Shown here: in pieces, positions 16,128-24,446 of the stretch
Layout: each line of letters begins with the position of its first letter
Numbering within the stretch: the stretch's first letter is position 1
Assembly (NCBI RefSeq): GCF_000195755.1
Contig: NC_002937.3
Coordinates: 1,770,001-1,802,000 of the forward strand
Direction of reading: 5' to 3'
Length of the DNA stretch: 32,000 nucleotides
Origin: Nitratidesulfovibrio vulgaris str. Hildenborough
Lineage (GTDB): Bacteria > Desulfobacterota > Desulfovibrionia > Desulfovibrionales > Desulfovibrionaceae
The notes under the pieces: model-generated
Database searches by the model: none
Told to the model about the DNA's origin: nothing
The model's input: only the letters and a program-made list of their open reading frames with translations
Program-made: the position numbers and the translations under genes

Positions 16128-16186
16128 ACAGTATCGGATTGCCTAAGAAGGTCAAGAGAAAACGATGCTCATCATTACAAATGATG
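16128..16186 (-). promoter_or_regulatory. candidate hsd operon promoter with an upstream 7-3-7 palindrome
   Basis: On the minus strand: TTGACC (16155-16150), a 16-nt spacer, TACTGT (16133-16128). A perfect inverted repeat CATCATT-aca-AATGATG lies at 16170-16186. Confidence 0.35.
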
Positions 16187-16468
16187 CAGAAAAAATTAGA
16201 GGAAACAGGCTCCGACCGTGAGGCCAAAGCCAACCCCCTCAAGAGATCAGGGCGTTGTCTTTCATATTTCGCTTTTAAGGCGCGCTTTGCCTCGCCCATA
16301 TGAAATCCATCATGACGACCTCAAAAAGACGCTCTAACGGCTTTTAATCGATTGCTTTCAATGCGGCGCTAGGGCGTCAAGCGTGATTTCCCTGTCCCAG
16401 TCCACAGGCTGGATGACATCGCGGAAGAGCGTGGATGCTGGGTAGCTGCCTTCATAGATTGACGCTGT

Positions 16469-16622
16469 TTACTGTCGGTTTGTGGCCCAGACGTTCGCCG
16501 GGTTGAAGACATCACGGAAGTGGTGCAGAAACTGCGCACCATGCGGCTTGAAAAGGCATCCCGGCTTCGGCCTGCTTGAGAATCCCAATGATCTTTTCCT
16601 CGGTGAACCTGCTCATTCTCAT
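16469..16622 (-). mobile_element. degraded IS3-family transposase orfA remnant
   Basis: The minus strand from ATG 16622/16616 reads M(R)MSRFTEEKIIGILKQAEAGMP, the typical IS3/IS407-type OrfA N-terminus. The frame then breaks, leaving only weak resemblance (LFKPHGAQFLHHFRDVF against L.RKHGIS..TFY.WR.KF), and a stop follows at 16471-16469. No orfB is present. Confidence 0.55.
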
Positions 16623-16745
16623 GACGATGGACTCCTTGGCCTGCGTCACGAACTAATAGCTGGGATACCTAGAGGGGAAAAGATCCCCCCCCCTGCTCCC
16701 GCCGGATTCGCTCTCCCATACGCCCGCATCCCCCCTCCCGCACCT

Positions 16746-18295
16746 TCAACCCCTCCGCGGCTTTGGCCCGATGCTGCGCCGCCATGCAAGGGCGAATTGC
16801 CGAGTCGTCCTCTTCCATCGCGTCCTCATGTGGTCTTTCTCGGCATCACCGCCAAACTGCATGCCCCTGCCCACCACCTTGCGGCCCAGCGTACCGAACA
16901 GCCATGCGTCGACCTGCTCACGGGTCTTGGTCGCGGGGTCGAGCATGAACTCCGTGAACTCTGCCTCTGCCCGCTCCGAGAAGGCCTTGCGTTCCTCCGC
17001 AGTACCCCGCAACTTGGCGTCGGCCATGTACTGGTCGAACCTCTTCTTGCTCCATGCACCAAGACGCTTACGGTCGAGATTCCCAGAAAGCTCATGTAAC
17101 ACTTCAAGGTCTGCATCGTTGATGAACGGCCTGTAGTCGTCGAAGTCCACCGCATCCCCTTCCACGATGCGTCGGTGCGCCTCCCTCACCTTCGCCTTGC
17201 CCGAAATGAAGAACTCGTCGGCACTGCGACGGCTTGCGGCCATGAGCCAGCCCTGATTCTCCGGCGAGGCCGAGGCGATGATGCGAGCCTTGTCCTGCGG
17301 CGTCTGGGCGGCATCGAGCGCGGTCTTCAGCGTCGTGCGTTCCGCCTTCAGGGCCTCACGTTCCGCACGCGCCTCCATCGACTCGCGGAACGACCATTCG
17401 CTCTTCACATAGCTTTCAAGGGCCTGCCTCCTGTCGGTGTCTGCCTCCGTCTCGCGGATGTGGCGCACAGCCCCTACGATGTCGCCACCGAACCGTTGTG
17501 CCAGCGTCTGGCCATGCTCCAGCACATAGAGCTTGTCGGCCTGCTGTCGCACCTGCCCTGCGACCTCGTCGTACCTGTCGCCCAGCTGGGCACGGTACTC
17601 GGTGAGCAGCCCTTCCGCCCCGGCCACATCGCCATTGACGATGCGGGTGCGTATGGCGTTCTCCGCAAGGCTCCTGTCCACCCCGGCGAGATGCGCGGAG
17701 AGGTCGCGCCCCGGCATCAGGGCATGGGCTTCGCGGGCATACTCGTCGCGCCGGGCACGCACCGCGCCCATGTCGTCGGTAGAGGCGGCGAACTGCACAA
17801 GCTCCGTCTCTCGCGCCGCGAGGGTGTCCTTGCGGTACAGTTCGTCCTGCTGCTGCCCATAGGCGAACCCGCGTGCGATGCTGCCTTCAGCCGCCCGCCC
17901 CGAATACCGGTCGAACATGAACAGGGCCTTGTCGTTGCCCGCGAACCGTTCGCGGTAGCGGCCCCGGTTCTCGTTGTGCCACTGCTCGAAGGCAGCCCCG
18001 GCTTCGCGGGCGTCTGCGCCCTTGTTCTTCTCGGTGAACTCGCGCTCGAAGGCGCGGGCCTCGCGTTCGTACTGGTCAGACGCGGCAAGGACGTCGGTGG
18101 CCAGCCGCAGTTCGCTGCGTTCGCGCTCCTCGCGGGCGGCCTGTTCACCAAGCTGCATCCCGCCACGCAGGGCGGATGCCGCAAGCGAGTGCCCGCCGTG
18201 CGCGTGGTGTCGAGGCTGGCGCGCTGCAAGGCCGGGCCGCCGATGTCGGGCACGCCCCCCTGTGCCTTCTGGGTGTAGATGACGAGTTGCGGCAT
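16746..18295 (-). pseudogene. internal virion (ejection) protein, gp15-like by position; apparent frame break near the 5' end and a possibly truncated 3' end
   Basis: GGAGGGAG RBS plus ATG 18295 gives MPQLVIYTQKAQGGVPDIGGPALQRASLDTT.... The protein-like sequence then continues in another frame (...SLAASALRGGMQLGEQAAREERERSELRLATDVLAASDQYEREARAFE...) down to 16746. The span is 1550 nt, which is 3n+2. The gene is coiled-coil and charged-rich, as ejection proteins are. An alternative intact CDS would start at ATG 18158. Confidence 0.5.
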
Positions 18296-18316
18296 GGTGC
18301 TCCCTCCTGGTTCTGA

Positions 18317-18952
18317 CTAGCGGGTGCCGAGGGCTACCCGGTTCCATCCGCCCCCGACGCCGCCCGAGCGGTTGCCGTCGAAGACGTGGCCCATGCCCCC
18401 GCCTCCCTGCGCACCGCCGAACCCGCCCGCCATGGCGTAGGTGCTGAGTCCGGCCATCGTGCCCGTCACGGCCCCGGTGAGCAGACTGGTGCCAAGGCTC
18501 CCCGCCGTGCGTTTCAGCCAGTTCGCCTGCGAGTCCTGCACGTCGGCCTGCCAGTTCGAGAGTTGCGCCTTGCGTCGCGCCTCCCACCCCACCACCTCGT
18601 GGCGGTAGCGGTTCTCGCCCATGTCGTCGGCGAAGAGGTCGGCGTTGCCCAGAAGCGTGTCGAGCGCGCTGCCGCTGTCCAAGGCCACATTGCCCGACGA
18701 GAGCAGCGAGCGGTTCCGGCCTGACGTGGCCTCGTAATCGCGGCGCAGACGCGCACGCTCGCGGTCGACCTCCTCCTGTGCGGCGATGCCCTGCCTCTTC
18801 TCAAGGTCGGCCTGCTGGCGCATGGCTTCGGCATTGGCGCGGGCGACCTTGGCCTCGTAGTTCTTCTGGCCGCGTTCGGCCTCTGCCCCCATGAACGATT
18901 GCGCCCCGGCGAGAGCACCCACGGTCAGGGCGATGACGGTTGCTGCACCCAT
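18317..18952 (-). CDS. internal virion protein (gp14-like by position), N-terminal TM and Gly-rich C-terminus
   Basis: 211 aa. AGGAGG RBS before ATG 18952. Hydrophobic N-terminus (MGAATVIALTVGALAGAQSF), a coiled-coil middle and a Gly-rich tail. It follows tail tubular B, as in T7-like gene order. Confidence 0.65.
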   Translation of the reverse strand: MGAATVIALTVGALAGAQSFMGAEAERGQKNYEAKVARANAEAMRQQADLEKRQGIAAQEEVDRERARLRRDYEATSGRNRSLLSSGNVALDSGSALDTLLGNADLFADDMGENRYRHEVVGWEARRKAQLSNWQADVQDSQANWLKRTAGSLGTSLLTGAVTGTMAGLSTYAMAGGFGGAQGGGGMGHVFDGNRSGGVGGGWNRVALGTR

Positions 18953-18960
18953 CTTGCCTC

Positions 18961-21054
18961 CTAGATTTGCCCGCCCGAGGTCGCGCTCGGGTCTACGTCG
19001 TAGACGATGGCCAGCATGGTCATGGGCGTGGGGTCTGCCACACGCACCAGAACCGTGGCCTCGTCAGTCCATCCGCCGTCGATGGTCACGTCCCTGTCTC
19101 CGGTCACGAAGGCAGGGCGCGTGGGGTCTGCCGCGTCGTGGGCCAGCACGTCCCACAGGTGGTCGGGGTCTGCCCCGGCGAGCACACCCATGCTTCGGTA
19201 CAGGCGCAGACGCGCCCCCACGATCTTGCGCACGCGCGTGAGCGTCGAACCGTTCTGGGCCGGAATCTCGGGTCGGGTCGGGATGATGTCGGTGATGTAC
19301 GGCAAGCCCACATGGATGACGGAGGCCGCCCGGTCGAGGGTGATGCCCCCGCCCGTGACCGTGCGCGGTGGCATGACGTAGCCGTCGGCGAGGATGGCGA
19401 CCTCGCGCCCTTCGAGGTGTTCAAGCCCCGTCACCTGCGTGACCGGTGCGCCAGCATACGAAAGGCCGGCGTCCACGAAGAAGGCGTTCCCGGGCGTGGC
19501 CTCGTCGAAGAAAGGGGCCATGCGTTCGACGTAACGCCTCTCCTGACCGCCCACGGTACGCCGCACGAGCATCCACACGGTGTCCGTGCCGCCTGCCGTG
19601 GCATCGCCGCCGGGAATGACGGTCACGTCCTCCACGACGCCGTCGGTATCGTGCCGGTGCCAGCCCACCACGTCGTGCTCACGCAAGAAGGTGAGCGCCG
19701 CTAGCGTGCCGTCGTCGAGCACGCACCACACGATGGAATGCGGCGACTGCTGATAGGCCCACGCACGAACCTTGCGCCCGCGCAATACGCCCGTGAGCAG
19801 CGTGAGGTCGGGGGCCACATAGCCGTCACGCTCGAAGCTGTAGGTGAACTCGCGCACCACGCCGCCCCCGCGCTGCACATACAGCAGCGAATCGCCCGCA
19901 CGTACGGCGGGCACGCCCTCGCTACCGCGCACCCCGTGCGACTGGAATTGCAGCGACGTGGGCGTGACAGGCCCGCCCTCCTGTCCGGAGAGTGTCCACT
20001 CGCCACCCTCCGTGCCAAGGCAGAGGGTGCGGTCGCCCTCTATCCACACGAAGCGGTTCTGGCGCTGCCCGGCGAGGGTGGCCTCGATGCCGTCGTCATC
20101 CTGCGGCGGACGCGAGGCCGCGAGGTTCTCGAACGCCGCCGACTGCGAAAGCCACACCGTGAGCGGTCGCTTGTCAGACCCGGCGAAGCCTAGCCGCTGT
20201 TGCCAGAAGAAGACCAGGCCGGGGTACTCGCCCGCAGCCGTGAACGGGTTCTTCGCTTCGGGCACGGTGTCTTCGGTGTCGGCCCCTATGTTGCGGTCGT
20301 CGAAGAAGGTGTCGCCCCCCACGGCCCGCCCGATGAAGCCGAAGACGCCATAACGCCGCTTGTACACCCGGTATTCGACGGCCCCCGGCACGGCGGCCCA
20401 TGAGACACGCACCCAATAGGTCGAACTCATGGCCGTGGTGGTGATGGTGCCTTCAGGCGAGGCAAGCGACTCCTCGCCCGTGGTGGCGGAGACGGCGGTC
20501 ACCTTGTAGCTGTAGGTCTCGTTGCCGGGGCCGGGCGTCGTGCCCAACGTGCCCAGCGTCAACGCGCCGGGCGCGGCCTGCGTGGGCATGAAGGTGGGCG
20601 TGATGAAACGCCAGTCGTCGTCGGCATGACGCGAGAGCTTGCGCGGCGGATGGTTGCGGCTGGCGATGTAGATGACGTCCGCCGACTGCGCGAACCGAAG
20701 CCCCGCGATGTCCGCTGCCCCGTAGGGTGAGGCGACTTCATAGGGCTGACCGTTCTTGCTCACCAGTCCGGCGTCCATCCACACCCGCACATAGCCGGGG
20801 CCGAACTCCAGCGCGCGCGACTGCGCAGCGGAGAAGACGAACGACACAAGGCGCACCGGCCCTGCGCCCTGCTCCTTGGCTGCCCCCATGAAGCGCAGCC
20901 CCGGCCTGCGGGTGACCGGCCCCTGTGCCAGCGGCACGGCGTTGCGCATGGTGAGCGCACCGGTCTGGTAGCGTATCTGGTCGGCCCGCGCCGTGAGCAA
21001 GGGCGAAATCTCGCCGCCGTTGAAGGCTTGCTGGACAGGATAGATGGTGCCCAT
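18961..21054 (-). CDS. tail tubular protein B (T7 gp12-like)
   Basis: 697 aa. The N-terminus MGTIYPVQQAFNGGEISPLLTARADQIRYQTGALTMRNAVPLAQGPVTRRPG parallels T7 gp12 (...NLKGGISQQPDILRYPDQGSRQVNGWSSETEGLQKRP). Size and position also fit. Confidence 0.75.
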   Translation of the reverse strand: MGTIYPVQQAFNGGEISPLLTARADQIRYQTGALTMRNAVPLAQGPVTRRPGLRFMGAAKEQGAGPVRLVSFVFSAAQSRALEFGPGYVRVWMDAGLVSKNGQPYEVASPYGAADIAGLRFAQSADVIYIASRNHPPRKLSRHADDDWRFITPTFMPTQAAPGALTLGTLGTTPGPGNETYSYKVTAVSATTGEESLASPEGTITTTAMSSTYWVRVSWAAVPGAVEYRVYKRRYGVFGFIGRAVGGDTFFDDRNIGADTEDTVPEAKNPFTAAGEYPGLVFFWQQRLGFAGSDKRPLTVWLSQSAAFENLAASRPPQDDDGIEATLAGQRQNRFVWIEGDRTLCLGTEGGEWTLSGQEGGPVTPTSLQFQSHGVRGSEGVPAVRAGDSLLYVQRGGGVVREFTYSFERDGYVAPDLTLLTGVLRGRKVRAWAYQQSPHSIVWCVLDDGTLAALTFLREHDVVGWHRHDTDGVVEDVTVIPGGDATAGGTDTVWMLVRRTVGGQERRYVERMAPFFDEATPGNAFFVDAGLSYAGAPVTQVTGLEHLEGREVAILADGYVMPPRTVTGGGITLDRAASVIHVGLPYITDIIPTRPEIPAQNGSTLTRVRKIVGARLRLYRSMGVLAGADPDHLWDVLAHDAADPTRPAFVTGDRDVTIDGGWTDEATVLVRVADPTPMTMLAIVYDVDPSATSGGQI

Positions 21055-21226
21055 GGTTCTTTTCCTGAATGCGGTGGTTTGAGGTTGTGTTCATCCACCC
21101 ACGGCGCGGAAGTTTGTGTTCCGGCAAGGAAGCAGGCGTCGTTCGCGACGGGAGCGTACTCTCACGGTACGTGACCGGAGCGAACGGAACGGCTGACGCA
21201 GCCCGAAGGCGAAATCCCGCGCCGTG

Positions 21227-21814
21227 CTACCCTCGCGCATTGATGAAGCAGCACTCGGCCCCCTCATCCAGTTCCACTTCACGACTCGTAGCCGCGTCAT
21301 TGAGGCGTGCGGCGTCAACCACCCACTGGTACCGGTCGAGCATGGCGCGCATCATGGCCCCGCCATCGCGGGCCAGCGGCAACGCCACTTCGGCAGCCAG
21401 CTTCGCGGCCACAGCGTCGTAGAAGTCAGGGGGCCAGAAGGTGGGGTCGGCATCGCGGGCCACGTAACGGGTGTTGCAGGGGGCGGCATCGGTGTAGATG
21501 TTCCCGCGCACCACCTCGAAGGGCAGCCCCTGTCGTGCAAGGTTCCCGTCTGCCCGCACGTCGATGACGCGCACGCAGTCGGCAGGCAGCACATAGGCGT
21601 GGGCGAAACCGAACGGGGGCGGCGTGTCACTCTTCGAAAGTGCGGCCCACACCGTGGCGTGCGCCCACGGGTGCGCCCGTAGCACCTCGTCCACCACGTC
21701 GCGCCACGCTGCGGAACAGCGCACGGCGGAGGGTGTCTGCTGCTCGGGGCTGGCTATCTCCGTCTGACCGATGAGCCGCAGGGCCTTGTTCATGATGCCG
21801 ACGATGCTGGGCAT
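21227..21814 (-). CDS. tail tubular protein A (T7 gp11-like)
   Basis: 195 aa; T7 gp11 is 196 aa. The N-terminus IMNKALRLIGQTEIASPEQQTPSAVRCSAAWRDVVDEVLRAHPW follows the gp11 pattern VN.IL..IGE.PV..LE....A..A..IL......IQ..GW. Confidence 0.7.
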   Translation of the reverse strand: MPSIVGIMNKALRLIGQTEIASPEQQTPSAVRCSAAWRDVVDEVLRAHPWAHATVWAALSKSDTPPPFGFAHAYVLPADCVRVIDVRADGNLARQGLPFEVVRGNIYTDAAPCNTRYVARDADPTFWPPDFYDAVAAKLAAEVALPLARDGGAMMRAMLDRYQWVVDAARLNDAATSREVELDEGAECCFINARG

Positions 21815-21855
21815 GTCTTCTCCGAAAGGGCCGGGTCACCCCGGCCCCGTTGCTG

Positions 21856-22200
21856 TTACTTCTTGCTGGAACCCTTGGGCCCGGACTTGCCGCCCTTGTC
21901 TGCGGCTTCCTGCCCGGCGTCCTGTCCTGCGTCGGGCTTGCCAGCGTCGTCGCCAGCCCCGGCGTCGTTTCCGGCATCGGGCACGGTGGCTGCCCCGTCT
22001 TCGGCCAGCTTCAAGGCAGCGGTCACGGGGTCGGCGGCATCGCCAACCGCATCGGCCTCCGGCACCACCACGGGCGGGCCGTCCACGAGTTCGAACAGTG
22101 CAGGGTCGAGCGTTTCGGTGTCCGAGGTCTGGATGTCGCTACCGCGCAGCACGAACGTGCCGTGGCGCGTGGTGTCGACACGTGCTTTCCATATGCGCAT
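21856..22200 (-). CDS. hypothetical virion-module protein with an acidic, low-complexity C-terminus
   Basis: 114-aa ORF co-oriented and tightly packed between structural genes. No family recognised. Confidence 0.5.
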   Translation of the reverse strand: MRIWKARVDTTRHGTFVLRGSDIQTSDTETLDPALFELVDGPPVVVPEADAVGDAADPVTAALKLAEDGAATVPDAGNDAGAGDDAGKPDAGQDAGQEAADKGGKSGPKGSSKK

Positions 22201-22211
22201 GTCGGCCTCCC

Positions 22212-22613
22212 CTAGCGCGGCAGGTAGGTGGTGAACACGTCCACGGTGCCCGTGGGCGCGGTGTCGTCGGTGGTCAGCTTCACCTTGACGAAAGGCCGCA
22301 CGTCAGAGGCCAGAGGCAGTACGCCGATGACCTCCCCGGCCTTGATGGTGGTCGCCCCGGCGAAGGTCTTCTTGAAGAGGACGGGCACATCGGCATAGCT
22401 GCCGTTCTGCGTGTCGCAGTCCTGCACGGTGACGGTGAGGCTCTTGCCCGACGAGAAGCTCACCTGCGTGGCGGCCACGATGGCAAGCTCAAGCGCGCCC
22501 TGCGTGTTGTGGGCGCGGATGGGGCCGCCGTTGCCGGGGGCCGAGGTGTTCACCGGAACGGCCTGCGCCTTGGCGAGGTATTCACCGTTCACGCGGAGGA
22601 TGTTCTTGTACAT
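22212..22613 (-). CDS. hypothetical structural protein (possible head decoration/cement protein by position)
   Basis: 133 aa, with AAGGAG RBS before ATG 22613. It lies immediately downstream of the major capsid gene and has a beta-rich composition. Confidence 0.6.
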   Translation of the reverse strand: MYKNILRVNGEYLAKAQAVPVNTSAPGNGGPIRAHNTQGALELAIVAATQVSFSSGKSLTVTVQDCDTQNGSYADVPVLFKKTFAGATTIKAGEVIGVLPLASDVRPFVKVKLTTDDTAPTGTVDVFTTYLPR

Positions 22614-22628
22614 GGTTGCTCCTTTACT

Positions 22629-22661
22629 GCCCCGGCGCGGCGTCCCCGCACACGCCGGGGC
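22629..22661 (-). terminator. strong stem-loop immediately after the major capsid gene (attenuator or RNA stabiliser; no U-tract)
   Basis: 9-bp GC stem GCCCCGGCG / CGCCGGGGC (22629-22637 and 22653-22661) lying between the capsid stop (22670) and the next RBS. Confidence 0.4.
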
Positions 22662-22669
22662 GTTGCGGG

Positions 22670-23602
22670 TTAGGCGTAGGCGGGCAGGCCCGTGACGACA
22701 GCGTCGGTGCCGTCATTGAAGTTGTACGAGGTGACGATTTCGATGCCGTTCCAGTGGGTGAAGGTGCGGTCGATGTCCTTGTCCTTGGTGCCCACCTGCA
22801 GCGAGTTGCCCTTGTACTGGTGGTTGAGCAGGTTCTTGCAGCGTTCGTGGCAGAAGAGCAGCGTGTTGCCGTTGCTCGACCCGCGCACCATGGCGATGAG
22901 GTCGTCCACCATGGCCTCGGTGGGCTTCTTGCCCTTCTGGATGTTGACGATGGCGCCCACGGTGTTGGGGTTGGCAATCTGGATGCCGAGATAGGCCTTG
23001 AGGCGCAGCCCGTAGACCAGCACGCCCTGATAGGTGCCGCCGCTGGCCTTGTAGAGGGTGCCACCGGCAATGGGCTGCACGTCGAGCATGGTGCCCTGCT
23101 TGAAGCCCTCGGGGCTGTAGAGGCCGCAGGTCTCGCCCTTCACGAAGCGCACGGCCACGAGGGAGTAGCTCCCGCCGGAGGTTCCGCCCGCGTCGATGGC
23201 CTTGCCCTTGTCGAGGGCGTAGCGCAGGAAGTTGTCATAGATGATGCGCTGTTCGGCGGTCTGTCCGCTCTTGCGCAGCACCTTGTCGATCTTCTTGGCG
23301 AAGTACTTCTCCTTGCCGCCGAACATCTGGGCGGTGTCTTCAGGGCATTCGATTTCACCGCCGAGAATGCCGAGGTCGACCTTCGTCAGCTTGGTCGCGG
23401 CATCGACCACGGGCAGGGGGGCGTTCATCTCCACAAAGCCCGCGCCCTGCACGTCCACCACTTCCTCGTAGTTGTTCCACATGGCGTGGGATGCCGCGTC
23501 GAACGGGATGCGCTTCATGATGGGGGCTTCCTCGGTGAGGGCGTCCACCTGATGCGGCTGCTTCCTGGCGAACTGCTGCGAGAGTTCATGCAACGTCTTC
23601 AT
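22670..23602 (-). CDS. major capsid protein
   Basis: 310 aa, located between scaffold and tail tubular genes. No low-complexity sequence. The call rests on position and size in a T7/BPP-1-like module; the sequence family is not firmly recognised. Confidence 0.7.
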   Translation of the reverse strand: MKTLHELSQQFARKQPHQVDALTEEAPIMKRIPFDAASHAMWNNYEEVVDVQGAGFVEMNAPLPVVDAATKLTKVDLGILGGEIECPEDTAQMFGGKEKYFAKKIDKVLRKSGQTAEQRIIYDNFLRYALDKGKAIDAGGTSGGSYSLVAVRFVKGETCGLYSPEGFKQGTMLDVQPIAGGTLYKASGGTYQGVLVYGLRLKAYLGIQIANPNTVGAIVNIQKGKKPTEAMVDDLIAMVRGSSNGNTLLFCHERCKNLLNHQYKGNSLQVGTKDKDIDRTFTHWNGIEIVTSYNFNDGTDAVVTGLPAYA

Positions 23603-23606
23603 GCGA

Positions 23607-24446
23607 TTACTCCTTGCCTCCGAACACTTCCTTCATCAGGAACTGTTCAGTGCTCATGGGTTTGGTTCCACCGCCCGACGGAGAGGCCCCGCCGAGCGAA
23701 TCCTCGGAGACCAGCGTGGAGAGCGCGTGCAACGCCTCGATGATGACGGGGTCGTCCGCCGCACCTATGGCGGCGAAGGCCGGGGCCAGACGTCCCTCCA
23801 TCTTGCGGTCGAGCATGGTCAGCGCGCCCAGTGCGGCGTTGCGGTTGGCTTCGAAGCGGTTGCCCCATCGCCCGCGAAGGTCGGCTTCACCTGTGCGGAT
23901 GAGGTCCGCCTTGGCGTCAGCCACTTCCTTCAGTTGCCAGTGGGCCAGAGCCTTCGCCTGTTCCGCCGTGACGCCAAGGCGCACGCACTCCTGCTTGAAG
24001 CGGCCCTCCTGCGCGGTGTCCACCTGCATCCCTTCAGGCCAGCCGAGGTCGATGTCCTCGGGCTTCGCCGCCGGGTTGATGCCGCTACCGCGCTGGAGTG
24101 CCTGCAACGCCTCTTCCGGAGTGCCGAACCCCTTCACCGCCTCGCGCCATGCCTCGGGCATGGACTGCGACCAATGCGCCCCCTGCCCTTCGGCCCCTGC
24201 TGCCTCCGTCCCTGCTGCTTGGGCCCCGGCCTGTGTCCCGGTCGCCTGCTGTCCGCCTGCGGCCTCGCCAGATGCGGGTGTGCCAGATGCTCCCGCGCCA
24301 GCCCCGGCCCCTGCGCCAGTCTCCGTTCCGGTGCCTTGTGCACCAGACTGTCCGGCAGCCATTGCCACCTGTTCCGTCTGGCTCGTCTCAACGCCCTGCG
24401 CACCGGTGTCGGTGGTTCCCTGCCCGGCTGCTGCGTTCATGGTCAT
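23607..24446 (-). CDS. capsid scaffolding protein
   Basis: 279 aa. Ala/Gly/Gln/Thr-rich low-complexity N-terminal half and a helical, charged C-terminal half. It lies between portal and capsid, ending 4 nt before the capsid start. Confidence 0.65.
   Translation of the reverse strand: MTMNAAAGQGTTDTGAQGVETSQTEQVAMAAGQSGAQGTGTETGAGAGAGAGASGTPASGEAAGGQQATGTQAGAQAAGTEAAGAEGQGAHWSQSMPEAWREAVKGFGTPEEALQALQRGSGINPAAKPEDIDLGWPEGMQVDTAQEGRFKQECVRLGVTAEQAKALAHWQLKEVADAKADLIRTGEADLRGRWGNRFEANRNAALGALTMLDRKMEGRLAPAFAAIGAADDPVIIEALHALSTLVSEDSLGGASPSGGGTKPMSTEQFLMKEVFGGKE

Noticed and set aside
4045-16693. G7 run (4045-4051) and C9 run (16685-16693) as possible terminal inverted repeats of the island
   Set aside because: Beyond the homopolymers themselves the flanking sequences share only scattered matches. 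This is not enough to call inverted repeats by eye.
16482-18278. Plus-strand ORFs 16482-17099 and 17175-18278
   Set aside because: The first runs across the IS remnant and junction, and the second is antisense to the internal virion gene. Both have Arg/Pro/Gly/Leu-rich, low-information translations expected from high-GC antisense frames.
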